Below, one piece after another: positions 42,225-53,333 of a stretch of 64,000 bases of DNA. Positions within the stretch are counted from its first letter, which is position 1. Each line of letters begins with the position of its first letter. A program made the position numbers and the translations under genes. The DNA is taken from contig OZ242383.1 of NCBI GenBank assembly GCA_965209155.1, positions 128,001 through 192,000 on the forward strand, given 5' to 3'. The DNA is from a bacterium (GTDB lineage Bacteria > SAR324 > NAC60-12). The notes below the pieces were generated by a model, which worked only from the letters and a program-made list of their open reading frames with translations, ran no database searches and was not told the origin of the DNA.

Positions 42225-43189
42225 CCCACTTACGTGCCCTTTCCGGCATTAAACCTACAGGCGACCCCCATCTGGGTAATTACCTGGGGATGATCAAACC
42301 TGCTCTGAAGCTGCAAGAAAATTACGAAACCTTCTATTTCATTGCAGATTATCACGCCTTGACCACCGTGCAAAACCCCCAGGAACTGAAAGCGCATTGC
42401 TACGAGTTGGTAGCGACATTTTACGCATTGGGAATGGATGTGGAAAACCATGCCTTTTTCAAGCAATCCGACGTTCCTGAAGTGACCGAGTTGACATGGA
42501 TTCTTTCCTGTATCACTTCCAAAGGATTGTTGGAACGTGCGCATGCCTTCAAAGATGCTATCGCTAAAAACCAGGAAGTCAATCATGGATTATTCAGTTA
42601 TCCCGTATTGATGGCTTCTGATATTTTAATCTATGATTCTCATTTTGTCCCAGTCGGTCAGGACCAGCGGCAACATCTCGAAATCACGCGGGACATTGCA
42701 ATCCGTTTCAATCACCTCTTCGGAGAGACCCTGGTGGTCCCCGAAGCCTTGATTGAAGAGCGAGTGGCCACGATTCCGGGTTTGGACGGACAGAAAATGA
42801 GCAAATCCTATAACAACACAATTCCCCTGTTTGCGCCTGAAAAGGAGCTTCGCAAGCTGATCATGAAAATTGTTACCGACTCCAAGACCGTTGAAGAAGT
42901 AAAAGATCCCGAAAGCGACAACGTTTTCGCCTTATATGTCTTTTTTGCCAATGCCGAGCAACAGCAAGCTCTGGCAGATCGCTATCGCGCAGGTTCCATG
43001 GGTTATGGAGAAGCCAAACAAATCTGTTTTGAAATTATCAATGAGCAAATCAAAGAATACCGGGAATATTATTACGAAATTCGTGAAAATTTCCAAAAAC
43101 TGGATGGGATCCTGGAAACTGGTCGGGACCGGGCCCGGCCGGTTGCACGTCAAGTTCTCCACCGGGTACGCAATCGCGTTGGCCTGTAA
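42221..43189 (+). CDS. trpS: Tryptophanyl-tRNA synthetase
   Basis: HLGNYLG, VPVGQDQ, KMSKS. Confidence 0.96.
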   Translation: MTHLRALSGIKPTGDPHLGNYLGMIKPALKLQENYETFYFIADYHALTTVQNPQELKAHCYELVATFYALGMDVENHAFFKQSDVPEVTELTWILSCITSKGLLERAHAFKDAIAKNQEVNHGLFSYPVLMASDILIYDSHFVPVGQDQRQHLEITRDIAIRFNHLFGETLVVPEALIEERVATIPGLDGQKMSKSYNNTIPLFAPEKELRKLIMKIVTDSKTVEEVKDPESDNVFALYVFFANAEQQQALADRYRAGSMGYGEAKQICFEIINEQIKEYREYYYEIRENFQKLDGILETGRDRARPVARQVLHRVRNRVGL

Positions 43190-43221
43190 TTCTTTTAATT
43201 CTCCACAACCATTCTCCCCTG

Positions 43222-44658
43222 ATGTCTTCTGATAAGGTCCCCATCCCAGATGTCCTGGCCTGGCGTTACGCCAGTGCGGCTATGTGTGAGATATGGTCAG
43301 CATCCGGTAGAGTTTTGTTGGAGCGGGAATTTTGGATTGCCGTGATGAAAGCCCAGCAGGAATTGGGAATCACTATTCCCACCCAGGCCATTGTGGCTTA
43401 TGAGCAGGTCAAAAGTCAGATTGATCTGAAGCGCATTGAAAAGCGTGAACGGCGTCTACGCCATGACGTGAAAGCCCGTATAGAAGAATTTTGTCAGTTG
43501 GCAGGATACGAACACATCCACAAAGGCATGACAAGCCGGGACTTAACCGATAATGTGGAGCAACTGCAAATTGTCAGATCCCTGCGACTGATTCGCCTTA
43601 AATATGTCGCTGTTCTGCAGGCGCTTGCTCGTTGGGCGGAACGCTATCAAAGTTTGACGCTGGTAGCAAGGACCCACTTCGTTCCGGCCCAACCCACCAC
43701 CCTTGGCAAACGGATAGCTATGTTCGGACAAGAAATGCTGCTGGCATTTGCCAACCTGGAAACCCTGATGGATTCTTATCCCATGCGAGGATTACAAGGC
43801 GCTGTTGGTACTCAACTGGACCTGTGGATTTTGCTGGAAAATAACCCGGCATCCTTGCCGGATCTCGAGGAAAAAATTCGTCAGCATTTGGGATTTTCCC
43901 AAGTTTTGAACGCGGTGGGACAAGTCTATCCACGAAGTCTGGATTTTGAAGTGGTAAGCACGCTTTACCATCTGAGTTCGGGGATAGCAAACCTGGCTAA
44001 AACCCTCCGCTTGATGGCAGGACTGGAATTAGTGAGCGAAGGATTTCAGGAAGGGCAAGTGGGTTCTTCTGCCATGCCGCACAAAATGAATATGCGCAAT
44101 TGTGAACGTATCAATGGATTCCATCAAATTCTCAATGGCTACCTGAACATGTTGATGGGGCTTAGTGGAGATCAATGGAACGAAGGGGATATTTCGGATT
44201 CGGTTACACGGCGGGTAGCCCTCCCCGGTTCCATGTATGCCATGGACGGGCAACTGGAAACGATACTCACTATTCTTGATGAAATGAGGTTTTTTGAATC
44301 CTTCATTGATGAGGAAGTAGCACGGTATATTCCTTTTTTAGCCACCACTACTTTACTGATGGAAGCCACTCGACGGGGATGTGGTCGCGAAGAAGCCCAC
44401 CATGCCATTAAAACACATTCCCTTGCCGTAGTGGAATCGATGAGGACCTCTCGTACAGTTTCAAATGACCTGGCAGAGCGCCTTGCTGCCGACTCCCGCA
44501 TTCCTCTTTCTGCAGGAGAAATAAATGAGATTCTACGAGACCCCTCACGTTTCGTTGCCTCTTCAGAAAGTCAAGTACTACGATTTGTCCAAGACGTCCA
44601 CAAACTGACAGGGCGTTATCCGGAAGCGTCTGAATACAAACCAGCCCCTTTGCTTTAG
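43222..44658 (+). CDS. purB: Adenylosuccinate lyase
   Basis: RHDVKA, TSRD, GSSAMPHKMN. Confidence 0.94.
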   Translation: MSSDKVPIPDVLAWRYASAAMCEIWSASGRVLLEREFWIAVMKAQQELGITIPTQAIVAYEQVKSQIDLKRIEKRERRLRHDVKARIEEFCQLAGYEHIHKGMTSRDLTDNVEQLQIVRSLRLIRLKYVAVLQALARWAERYQSLTLVARTHFVPAQPTTLGKRIAMFGQEMLLAFANLETLMDSYPMRGLQGAVGTQLDLWILLENNPASLPDLEEKIRQHLGFSQVLNAVGQVYPRSLDFEVVSTLYHLSSGIANLAKTLRLMAGLELVSEGFQEGQVGSSAMPHKMNMRNCERINGFHQILNGYLNMLMGLSGDQWNEGDISDSVTRRVALPGSMYAMDGQLETILTILDEMRFFESFIDEEVARYIPFLATTTLLMEATRRGCGREEAHHAIKTHSLAVVESMRTSRTVSNDLAERLAADSRIPLSAGEINEILRDPSRFVASSESQVLRFVQDVHKLTGRYPEASEYKPAPLL

Positions 44659-44693
44659 TACGAAAAAGAAAAACAGGTGAACTGTTTTCGATT

Positions 44694-45416
44694 CTAAGCT
44701 TTTAATTGCGCTTTCAAAAAGGCAATTTGTGGGTTGCGTTTGTATTTGAACAAGTGTTCAAATTCGGTTTCAATATTTTCCGACTGGTAGTCACTCAGCT
44801 GCAGATCGGTAGTTTGTTGGAGGAACTGAAATTGAGGAAGGGCAGAAAGCAGGTTTCGCACCGTTTGAAAATATTCCTGATGGTCGGTTTTGAATAAAAA
44901 CTCTCCCCCCGGCCGTAGCAGTGAAACGATTTTTTCAAGAAATTCCGCATTCAATAACCGATGCTTGCGTTGCTTCTTTTTATACCAGGGATCCGGAAAG
45001 TTGATATGAATTTTGTCAATCGAATGCGGAGCGAAATATTCCGACAAATACTCACCCCGGTCTTTGAGCAGCAATACATTCGTACATTGGGCTTTCTTCA
45101 GTTTTTTTGCTGACAATACCAGTCGTTTATAACGCAATTCAAAGCCAACAAATTGATGACCGGGAAAACTGCAACTCAATTCGAGTAGATATCTTCCCGA
45201 TCCACAACCGATCTCCACGTGCACCACGGCAGTTGAGGGGCATCGGCGCATCCAGATTTCTTGAAATTGTTTGGGGGTGGGATGAGGCAGGATAATATCG
45301 GAATAGTTATATATCTGCCGTATGTAATCGTTGTTGCGGACCTTTCTTTGAAAGATTTCTTCCGGTAAATCCCGGTTGTCCGGGGGACGATAGCGCATCC
45401 GGAACTCCTCAACCAA
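44694..45416 (-). CDS. trmB: tRNA (guanine-N7) methyltransferase
   Basis: EIGCGSG, NFPDPW, KTDH. Confidence 0.92.
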   Translation of the reverse strand: MVEEFRMRYRPPDNRDLPEEIFQRKVRNNDYIRQIYNYSDIILPHPTPKQFQEIWMRRCPSTAVVHVEIGCGSGRYLLELSCSFPGHQFVGFELRYKRLVLSAKKLKKAQCTNVLLLKDRGEYLSEYFAPHSIDKIHINFPDPWYKKKQRKHRLLNAEFLEKIVSLLRPGGEFLFKTDHQEYFQTVRNLLSALPQFQFLQQTTDLQLSDYQSENIETEFEHLFKYKRNPQIAFLKAQLKA

Positions 45417-45422
45417 AGCAGA

Positions 45423-48206
45423 TTAATGAGCCTCCAACCAGTCGTTTCCAACGCCAATTTCCGCGACCAATGGAACCTCGAGAATCAAGACGTTCTCCAT
45501 CTCTTCCTTGATTAACCGACTCAGGACTTCCTCTTCCTCCTGCAAGGCATCAAAGACCAATTCATCATGCACGCTCAGAATCATTTTGGATTGTAACCGT
45601 TCCCTCCGAAGTCGACGGTCGATATTGACCATTGCCATTTTGATGATTTCGGCAGCGCTTCCTTGAATCGGGGTATTGATGGCGGCTCCTTCCGCAATTC
45701 GTTTTGCCAGGCCATTGCCATTGATTTCGGGAAGATAGCGTCTTCTTCCCATCAAGGTACAAGCATAGCCTTCCTTTCGCGCGCGCTCCAAAAAAATTTC
45801 CTGCAACGCATGGATAGTGGCATACTTTTGAAAATACTTTTCAATGAATTCTTTGGCTTCTTTTTTAGAGGATTGCGTCACAATGGCCAGGCGATCGGCC
45901 CCCATACGGTAAATTAAACCGAAGTTCACTTCCTTTGCTTTGGCGCGAATTTCCCGCTTCACTGCCTCCACGGGCACATCGTAAATGGTTGAAGCCGTCA
46001 ATGCGTGGATATCCAGGTTATTGCGGTAGGCTTCCAGGAAAGTGGGGTCCTTGGAATAATGCGCCACTACGCGCAATTCGATTTGACTGTAATCTGCTGA
46101 TACCAGCACGTGACCGGGGCTGGAAGGGATAAACAATTTGCGAATCCTCCTTCCTTCCGGCGTGCGGACCGGGATATTTTGCAAGTTGGGGTTGTCGGAA
46201 GCCAGCCGGCCAGTGGCGGCAACGGCTTGTCGGAAATTGGAATGAATACGCAAATTGGAAGGATTGACGAAAGAAGGGAGTTGGTCGATGTAAGTATTCT
46301 TCAATTTATTGAGCTCGCGATACTGCAGAATGGACCAGGGGAGAGGAGACTTATTCATTTTTTCCAGGGTCTCTTCTCCGGTCGACATCCCGTTTCCCAA
46401 TTTGATCTTTTTTGGTCGAATATTGTATACTTTGTGGAGTGCCAGTTTTTCATAAAGGATGTTTTGAAGTTCAACTACCGAGTTGATGTTGAAGCGTTCC
46501 CCTGCCATCTGGTAGATCTTCTCGCTCAACTCCTCCAATCTTTTACTGTAATCCTTTGAGATTTCCATTACATGGTCCTGATCAAAACGTACCCCTGTCA
46601 ATTCCATCCAAGCCAGTACGAATAGCAGGGGGAGCTCAATTTTCTGAAAAGGCAGAAGCATTTGGGTCTGTGTCAATTGTTTCTGGAGAAAGGCTTGGAG
46701 CATTAAAATAATTTCCGTATTCTCACAAAGAAAATTCTGAAGCTGTTCGTCTTCTACCTGAGGAGATTCAACGATTTTCATGGCAAGCTGTTGCGTTTGA
46801 GCAGATCCTTCCAAGCCATAACGGCGGGATTGCTTCAATTTGGTCACTACCAGATTTTCCAGGCTGTAATCCCGTTCAGCTTCTACCATATGGGCAGCAA
46901 TCATGGTATCAAAAATGTTTTCCTGGACCCGAATTCCCCGTAGTGCCAGGAATTGAATCGTCGGCTTCAAATCATGCCCCACCAGCAGTAGCGTTGGGTT
47001 TTCAAAAAGTGGTTTGAGAGTAGTAAGGATCCCCGGTTGGTGCACCTCCTCAGGGAGATCAGAGTTATCGGATTGAAAGGCGACAGCAGGAAAGTGAAGA
47101 TAATAAGCGATTCCAGCGTTGGTATAAAAGGCCATTGCCAGAATTTTGTCCGTGATCGCATTTTTCCCGCTTGTTATCAGGTCAAATGCTACAATTCGGG
47201 CTTTTTCCAATTCCGTAACCATTTTTTGCACGGCAGACGGTGTATCCACCCGCTCATGACGTGCAGCAGCGAATTGCTGTACACTCATTTCGGATTCCCG
47301 GGGGACTGACTGTGATGGACTACCGTATCCAGCAAACACGCTTCCTTCTTGCGTGAAACGTTTCAAAAACGTTTTGAATTCCAATTCTTCCAGAATGGTA
47401 TGAAAACCCGTACTTTCATAGAGTATCGATTGGTTGAATGTCAGAGAATCGAATTCAATTTCCAGGGGAACATGGCAATCGATGGTGACCAGTTTTCTGG
47501 ACAAAAAAGCATCCTCTTTGCCTGCAATTAATTTTTCTTTCAATTTGTTCCCTGGTATCAGGTCGAGGTTTTCATAGAGATTGTCAATGCTGCCAAAATG
47601 TTGAATCAGCTTCACCGCTGTTTTCTCACCCACTCCTTTCACACCTGGAATATTGTCGGAAGTATCTCCCATCAATCCCAAGACTTCTATCACTTGGTGG
47701 GGTGCGCATCCGAATCGTTTGTCGACTTTTTCAACATTCACGATCTCATTTTTTTGATTGAGCATTACAGTTTGCTCTGTGATCAATTGCATATAATCTT
47801 TGTCCCCGGTTACCATCACACCTTCGATGTCTTTTTCCAGACAAAGTCGCATCAGCGTGCCGATGATGTCGTCCGCTTCGTATCCGGACATTGAAAGATA
47901 GGGAAGATCAAGGGAATTGATGAGACGCGAAAGATAAGGCAGTTGTTCCACCAAGTCATCCGGCATTTTTTCGCGTGTCGCCTTGTAGGCAGTGAATTGC
48001 TGATGACGGAAAGTCGGGTCCGGTAAATCTGTCGCGACTGCCAGATAATCCAATGGCCCGGTTTCAACGATTTTGACAATTTGAGTGAGAAAGCCAAAAA
48101 GACCGCTTGTATTGATTCCCTTGGAGTTGATCAAAGGATTGCGAATCATGGCAAAATAACTACGATATAGAATTGCCATTGAGTCGATAGCAAATAATTT
48201 AGCCAT
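45423..48206 (-). CDS. polA: DNA polymerase I
   Basis: EADDIIG, GDTSDNIPGV, TGRLAS, ADYSQIELR, VHDE. Confidence 0.97.
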   Translation of the reverse strand: MAKLFAIDSMAILYRSYFAMIRNPLINSKGINTSGLFGFLTQIVKIVETGPLDYLAVATDLPDPTFRHQQFTAYKATREKMPDDLVEQLPYLSRLINSLDLPYLSMSGYEADDIIGTLMRLCLEKDIEGVMVTGDKDYMQLITEQTVMLNQKNEIVNVEKVDKRFGCAPHQVIEVLGLMGDTSDNIPGVKGVGEKTAVKLIQHFGSIDNLYENLDLIPGNKLKEKLIAGKEDAFLSRKLVTIDCHVPLEIEFDSLTFNQSILYESTGFHTILEELEFKTFLKRFTQEGSVFAGYGSPSQSVPRESEMSVQQFAAARHERVDTPSAVQKMVTELEKARIVAFDLITSGKNAITDKILAMAFYTNAGIAYYLHFPAVAFQSDNSDLPEEVHQPGILTTLKPLFENPTLLLVGHDLKPTIQFLALRGIRVQENIFDTMIAAHMVEAERDYSLENLVVTKLKQSRRYGLEGSAQTQQLAMKIVESPQVEDEQLQNFLCENTEIILMLQAFLQKQLTQTQMLLPFQKIELPLLFVLAWMELTGVRFDQDHVMEISKDYSKRLEELSEKIYQMAGERFNINSVVELQNILYEKLALHKVYNIRPKKIKLGNGMSTGEETLEKMNKSPLPWSILQYRELNKLKNTYIDQLPSFVNPSNLRIHSNFRQAVAATGRLASDNPNLQNIPVRTPEGRRIRKLFIPSSPGHVLVSADYSQIELRVVAHYSKDPTFLEAYRNNLDIHALTASTIYDVPVEAVKREIRAKAKEVNFGLIYRMGADRLAIVTQSSKKEAKEFIEKYFQKYATIHALQEIFLERARKEGYACTLMGRRRYLPEINGNGLAKRIAEGAAINTPIQGSAAEIIKMAMVNIDRRLRRERLQSKMILSVHDELVFDALQEEEEVLSRLIKEEMENVLILEVPLVAEIGVGNDWLEAH

Positions 48207-48687
48207 GATGGTGCACCTCCGTTTACTTTGCTGTATATTCCTGGTCGGAATTGAAAAAATAGTGTTGAGCCGTTTAGTGAACTTGTTGGACGTGGGCTAC
48301 GATTTTCTGTAAGACCTTCGAGGTGGCAGCCTGCTCAGGGGGACCGCCTGTTCCTTGAATTGGATACGCATGGCATTCAGTGTACGACCCCGCGGCACCA
48401 TATGCCGTCGCTGCGAGACAGGTTTGAAGCGCAATGGAACCTCTTTTCATCCAGAACGATTCACCGCATCAATTCTTACGCAGTCAAATAGTGTTATTCA
48501 CAGGGTACAACATGTTGGCGGAAAAATGAAATTTCTCTGAATTGAAAAAAAATGGCTTGGATTCGACTGCTGATGCGTGGGACTTTATTCTCTTTTACGC
48601 AGTTGGTAAAGCGGGATATCGAACAAATTGGAATCAAGGAGCTTTGCACGAGCTATTAAAGTAATAATCCTACTTTGCAAATAGGAA

Positions 48688-49248
48688 GTCATCACCACCG
48701 GCAGAGCCGGTGGCTTGAAGAGGCCCCCAGATGGGGGCAAAACGTGTTCGTCATCGTAAGACGTGCTCGTGCTCGTGAACGAAAAAGGCTGCCATGTTAG
48801 ATCATGAAAAACTCGATGTATACCAATGTTCCATCGAATTTTTAGCGTTATCTGTCCAAGTCATCGAAACATTGCCAAAAGGATACTCAGCCTTAGTTGA
48901 CCAACTGAAAAGGGCCTCATGGTCGATTCCTCTCAATATCGCAGAATGCTGTGGAAAAAATTCCCTTCCTGACAAGCAACGATTCTATGCGTTTACCCGA
49001 GGTTCCGCAATGGAATGCGCTGCTATTCTCGATGTTTTAAACGTGTTGAAGATCATCCAGCCACCTATATTTGACGAAGGAAAACAGTTACTTCATCGCA
49101 TTGTTTCTATGTTAACCAAAATGTGCCGTCGAATTCACTGACCGTTCACGAGCACGAGCACGGCTAACGGACACGGATACGTTTCTCATGTCTGACCGGC
49201 AAAGCCTATTAGGTTCGCACCAGCAGAGCTGGTGGTTTAATGAGATTA
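48688..49248 (+). mobile_element. Copy J of the element (561 bp)
   Basis: GTCATC...GAGATTA|ATTA; 1-bp deletion in the leader. Confidence 0.95.
48794..49141 (+). CDS. Four helix bundle protein
   Basis: Four substitutions, including AEG->AEC. Confidence 0.85.
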   Translation: MLDHEKLDVYQCSIEFLALSVQVIETLPKGYSALVDQLKRASWSIPLNIAECCGKNSLPDKQRFYAFTRGSAMECAAILDVLNVLKIIQPPIFDEGKQLLHRIVSMLTKMCRRIH

Positions 49249-49434
49249 ATTAAGCCTGTTCATGCTTTAAATCTGGTGCGAAATCATACGAATTGCCCAT
49301 CATGCCCTTTTGATCATTTATCCTGTATCCTGTTGACATTTAAAAAAAATTATCATATTTTCAATGAATGAAAGATCACTGAACAACGCGATTTATCAGT
49401 TGCCCAATAAAAACCCTGTTTGAGCGATGGGAAA

Positions 49435-50592
49435 ATGAAACTCAACAACGAAGAAATCAATCGATATAGCCGACACTTGACTTTGCCTGAAGTGGGGATG
49501 GAGGGACAACTCAAGTTTAAAGCTGCCAGAATTCTTCTCATTGGCGCCGGAGGATTAGGCTCTCCCTCAGGCATGTATCTGGCAGCGGCTGGTATTGGAA
49601 AACTGGGAATCGTCGATTTCGACGTGGTCGATAGTTCCAACCTCCAGCGACAAATCGCTCATGGCGTTGCAGATGTCGGTAGCTCCAAAGTGGAGTCCAT
49701 CAAAGCCACTATCCTGGCAGGAAATCCAGGAATTGAGGTTGAAATCTATGATACTCGCCTTTCTCGTGAAAACGTGATGGAGATTTTTACGGAGTATGAC
49801 CTCGTCGTTGACGGATCCGATAATTTTGAAACACGCTATTTGGTCAATGATGCGGCTTTTTTTGCAAAGAAACCGCTCGTTTATGGATCCATTTTCAAGT
49901 TTCAAGGACAAATTACCGTTTTCGACTCACACCAGGGAGGTCCTTGTTATCGATGCCTGTACTCGAGTCCTCCACCCGCTGCTTTAGTTCCCAGTTGAGC
50001 GGAAGCAGGAGTCCTGGGCGTGCTCCCGGGAACCGTTGGTTTGATTCAGGCGACAGAAGCTCTGAAATTAGTTTTGGATATGGGAAATTCCTTGACAGGT
50101 CGGTTGCTTCTCTTTGATTCTTTGAAAATGACCTTTAAAGAAGTCAAGATTTACAAAGATCCCTTGTGTGAGTTGTGCGGTGAGCACCCCACAATTACCG
50201 AATTGATTGATTATGTCGCTTTTTGCGACATACCTATGCCGACCAGCAGCATTCAAGAAGATTTTGATGAAGAAAATTTTGTTATCGAGGCCCCGGAACT
50301 CGAGGAAGTTTTGGATTCTGGAAAAGAGATTGTGCTAGTGGACGTGCGTGATCAAAATGAATGGGATATTTGTCATATTGAAGGAGCTAAACTGATGCCG
50401 GTAGAGGAGTTTGACAAATACATTCCACAGCTACACCAAGATGATGAAATATATTTATACTGCTACAAGGGCACTCGCTCCATGAAAGCATTGAAGCAAC
50501 TCCACGCGGAAGGATTCAAAAAAATTAAAAGCCTGACAGGGGGAATCGACCGATGGGCCGAGTTGGTGGATCCCAGTATGCCCCGGTATTGA
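49435..50592 (+). CDS. moeB: MoeB/ThiF adenylyltransferase-rhodanese fusion (MoeZ-type) with in-frame UGA, probable selenocysteine
   Basis: RYSRH, GAGGLG, SNLQRQ, DNFETRY, PCYRC, VPS[TGA]AEAGVLG, CELC, rhodanese YCYKGTRS. Confidence 0.88.
50012..50031 (+). promoter_or_regulatory. Candidate bacterial SECIS hairpin
   Basis: TCCTGGG-CGTGCT-CCCGGGA, 13 nt after the UGA. Confidence 0.5.
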
Positions 50593-50653
50593 AAGATAGA
50601 ACCTCCGGAGGAACAGGAGCAATATGACAAGATCTTCAAGCAGGAAATTCCGA

Positions 50654-51037
50654 TCATCGGCAGAGGGCAATTGCCTCAATTTCCACATTCACATCCCTGG
50701 GTAGACGACCTGCTTGAATGCAAGTTCTAGCAGGTTCAGCTTCTTTGAAATATTCGCTGTAAATGGCATTGAATTCTTCAAAATCTTCCATATTTTTCAG
50801 GAAAACGGTCACTTTGACTACGTCACTCAAGGAGGAGCCTCCTGCTTCCAGGATACCTTTGATATTTGTCAGAACCAAATGGCATTGTTCGCTGAATGTC
50901 CCTGTTTGCAATTCATTTGTTTCCGGGACAATGGGCACCTGTCCGGCCAGAAACAGGAAACCATTGGCTTTGACTCCTTGGGAATAGGGTCCGGCCGGTT
51001 TCGGGGCATTGCTGGTATTGACAATTTCCTTTTCCAT
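50654..51037 (-). CDS. RidA/YjgF family
   Basis: GPYSQ, AGQVP, PARTC, VEIEAIA. Confidence 0.93.
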   Translation of the reverse strand: MEKEIVNTSNAPKPAGPYSQGVKANGFLFLAGQVPIVPETNELQTGTFSEQCHLVLTNIKGILEAGGSSLSDVVKVTVFLKNMEDFEEFNAIYSEYFKEAEPARTCIQAGRLPRDVNVEIEAIALCR

Positions 51038-51239
51038 ACTTTCTCCATATTATGAATTTTTAAATTTACTTTATACCTGTGGCAGGAACATTGCTAAACA
51101 ATAACTTGAATGATTCCAATAAAATTCTATTTTTTGTGCATTTTATTTTCCCGTTATTGAAATTGATTTGCAAATCAATTCATATGCGCATGCGCATCAG
51201 ACAGCTTTGAATGCTTAATCGATCTGAAAGAAAATAGCG

Positions 51240-51770
51240 ATGTCTTTTGCAATTCCATCTCCTTTTATATCTGCAAAACAAATCCATTTACGCATTGAGG
51301 AACTGGCGCAAGAAATTTCCCATGACTATGCGCACACAGAATTGCACCTGGTCGGAGTCTTGAAAGGGGCATTCATTTTTTTAGCCGATTTGACCCGCGC
51401 TTTGAATATTCCATCCTTCATTTACTTCATGCGCGCTTCAAGCTATGAAAATCGAAAAGGTAGCTCAGGGATCGTCAAAATTCAGCATAATCTCAACATG
51501 GTCGACAAACATGTTCTGGTCATTGAAGACATCCTTGATACTGGATTGACGCTCCGTTCCATTCTGCAAGAACTGGAAAATCAAGGGCCCGCTTCATTGA
51601 AGGTGTGCGCTTTGCTTGATAAGCCGGAGAGACGAGAGACAGCCATTGAAGGAGATTATATTGGTTTCAGTATTCCAAATGAATTCGTGGTAGGTTATGG
51701 ACTGGATTTTAATGAGTCCTATCGCAACTTGCCCTATATTGCCAAAGTGGATAATTTCGCTCGTTTTTGA
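51240..51770 (+). CDS. hpt: Hypoxanthine phosphoribosyltransferase
   Basis: GVLKG, IEDILDTG, FVVGYGLD. Confidence 0.95.
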   Translation: MSFAIPSPFISAKQIHLRIEELAQEISHDYAHTELHLVGVLKGAFIFLADLTRALNIPSFIYFMRASSYENRKGSSGIVKIQHNLNMVDKHVLVIEDILDTGLTLRSILQELENQGPASLKVCALLDKPERRETAIEGDYIGFSIPNEFVVGYGLDFNESYRNLPYIAKVDNFARF

Positions 51771-52196
51771 GAGTTCGCGGAAAATCAATTCAGTATCGCA
51801 AAAATTTTTTCGTTGTTTGATTGATCTTCATATGATTAAAACTGTCTCTTCTTGATTGTGGTCCAATTGTATTCAGACTGAATACAGTCAAAGAAATCCT
51901 TGTACGGCAACTTCTTTCATTTATTTATTCCTTAATTCAATGCCTGAATTGATTTGGACTTGACCTCCGGATTTTTGTAGGGTAGAAAATGTTTCCAGCA
52001 ATGCGCATCATCTCTTAAATGCATGTAATCCAGGTTACCAAGTTGAACAACATGTATAGCAAAAAAATTGTTAAAGCAAGTGCTTGCATAAAAAGCAGGC
52101 AATGACTTTTCCGTTTTTGCCATCAATCAGGTTGCGCCGGTCTGGAGGAATTATTACGCTTCAATCCATTATTTTGATAAACGAGGAGCCAGATCC

Positions 52197-53246
52197 ATGA
52201 AAACTATCAATATCGGGAGTCATGAAGAAGTCATCATCGAACGATCCGATTATCCGATCGAAAAATGTCATGAAATCCTCAAAGACGAAATCACGGCCAT
52301 CTTAGGTTATGGTCCACAAGGTCGTGGCCAGGGATTGAACATGCGTGACCAGGGTTTTAAAGTAATTTTAGGAATCCGTAAAGGACGTAGCTGGGACAAG
52401 GCGCTTGCGGACGGATGGCAAGAAGGAATCAATTTGTTCGAGGTAGAGGAAGCTGCTCAACGCGGCACTATTATTCAATTTCTGCTCTCCGATGCCGGAC
52501 AAATAGCTACCTGGCCTGCCATTCAGAATTGTCTGGAGGTCGGTAATGCGCTATATTTTTCTCATGGTTTTGGCATTGTCTTTCATGAAGACACGCACAT
52601 CATTCCTCCGGAAAACATCGATGTCATACTGGTTGCCCCAAAGGGAAGCGGACTGACTGTGCGCTCTCATTTTGAAGCAGGACGAGGAATCAATTCCTCT
52701 TGGGCTGTCCACCAGGATTACACAGGAAAGGCAAAAGAACGTTGTATTGCAACTGCTTTTGCCATTGGTTCCGGTCATCTTTTTGAAACTAATTTCAGAA
52801 ATGAAGTCCATAGCGATCTTACAGGCGAACGGTGCGTACTGATGGGTTTGATTCAGGGAGCTTTCCTGGCCCAGTATGAAACCCTGCGGGAAAATGGACA
52901 CTCCCCATCGGAAGCGTATAATGAAACCATAGAAGAAGCATTGGAGAGTCTTTATCCACTGGTCTCGGAAAAAGGAATGGACTGGATGTATTCCAATTGT
53001 TCAACAACGGCTCAACGCGGTGCTTTAGATTGGGCCCCTCGTTTTCGAGACGTACTCAAACCTGTAATCAGTGAATGTTACCGGCGGGTTACCAGTGGCC
53101 AAGAAGCTAAAATCGCCATTGAATCAAATTCCCAGTCGGATTACCGAGAGAAATTGGAGAAAGAACTGGAAGCCGTCAACAATCAAGAAATGTGGCGAGC
53201 TGGACGAATTCTACGTGCCCTGAGACCAGAAAACCTCTTGCAATAA
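52197..53246 (+). CDS. ilvC: Ketol-acid reductoisomerase
   Basis: GYGPQG, FSHGF, VAPKGSG, SDLTGER. Confidence 0.95.
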   Translation: MKTINIGSHEEVIIERSDYPIEKCHEILKDEITAILGYGPQGRGQGLNMRDQGFKVILGIRKGRSWDKALADGWQEGINLFEVEEAAQRGTIIQFLLSDAGQIATWPAIQNCLEVGNALYFSHGFGIVFHEDTHIIPPENIDVILVAPKGSGLTVRSHFEAGRGINSSWAVHQDYTGKAKERCIATAFAIGSGHLFETNFRNEVHSDLTGERCVLMGLIQGAFLAQYETLRENGHSPSEAYNETIEEALESLYPLVSEKGMDWMYSNCSTTAQRGALDWAPRFRDVLKPVISECYRRVTSGQEAKIAIESNSQSDYREKLEKELEAVNNQEMWRAGRILRALRPENLLQ

Positions 53247-53333
53247 ATAAATGAAAAAATATATTCTCCACTGGTCTTCTGGAAATGTGGTGAAAAATTC
53301 CAAACGCAGTCACTCGCTCCTTTTCGCGAATAA

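Noticed and set aside
9993..49141. Diversity-generating retroelement (Avd-like genes)
   Set aside because: No reverse transcriptase or TR/VR pair; the differences between copies are not adenine-specific
49996..49998. moeB as a pseudogene or two separate genes
   Set aside because: The stop is TGA exactly at the conserved Cys, with intact in-frame continuation
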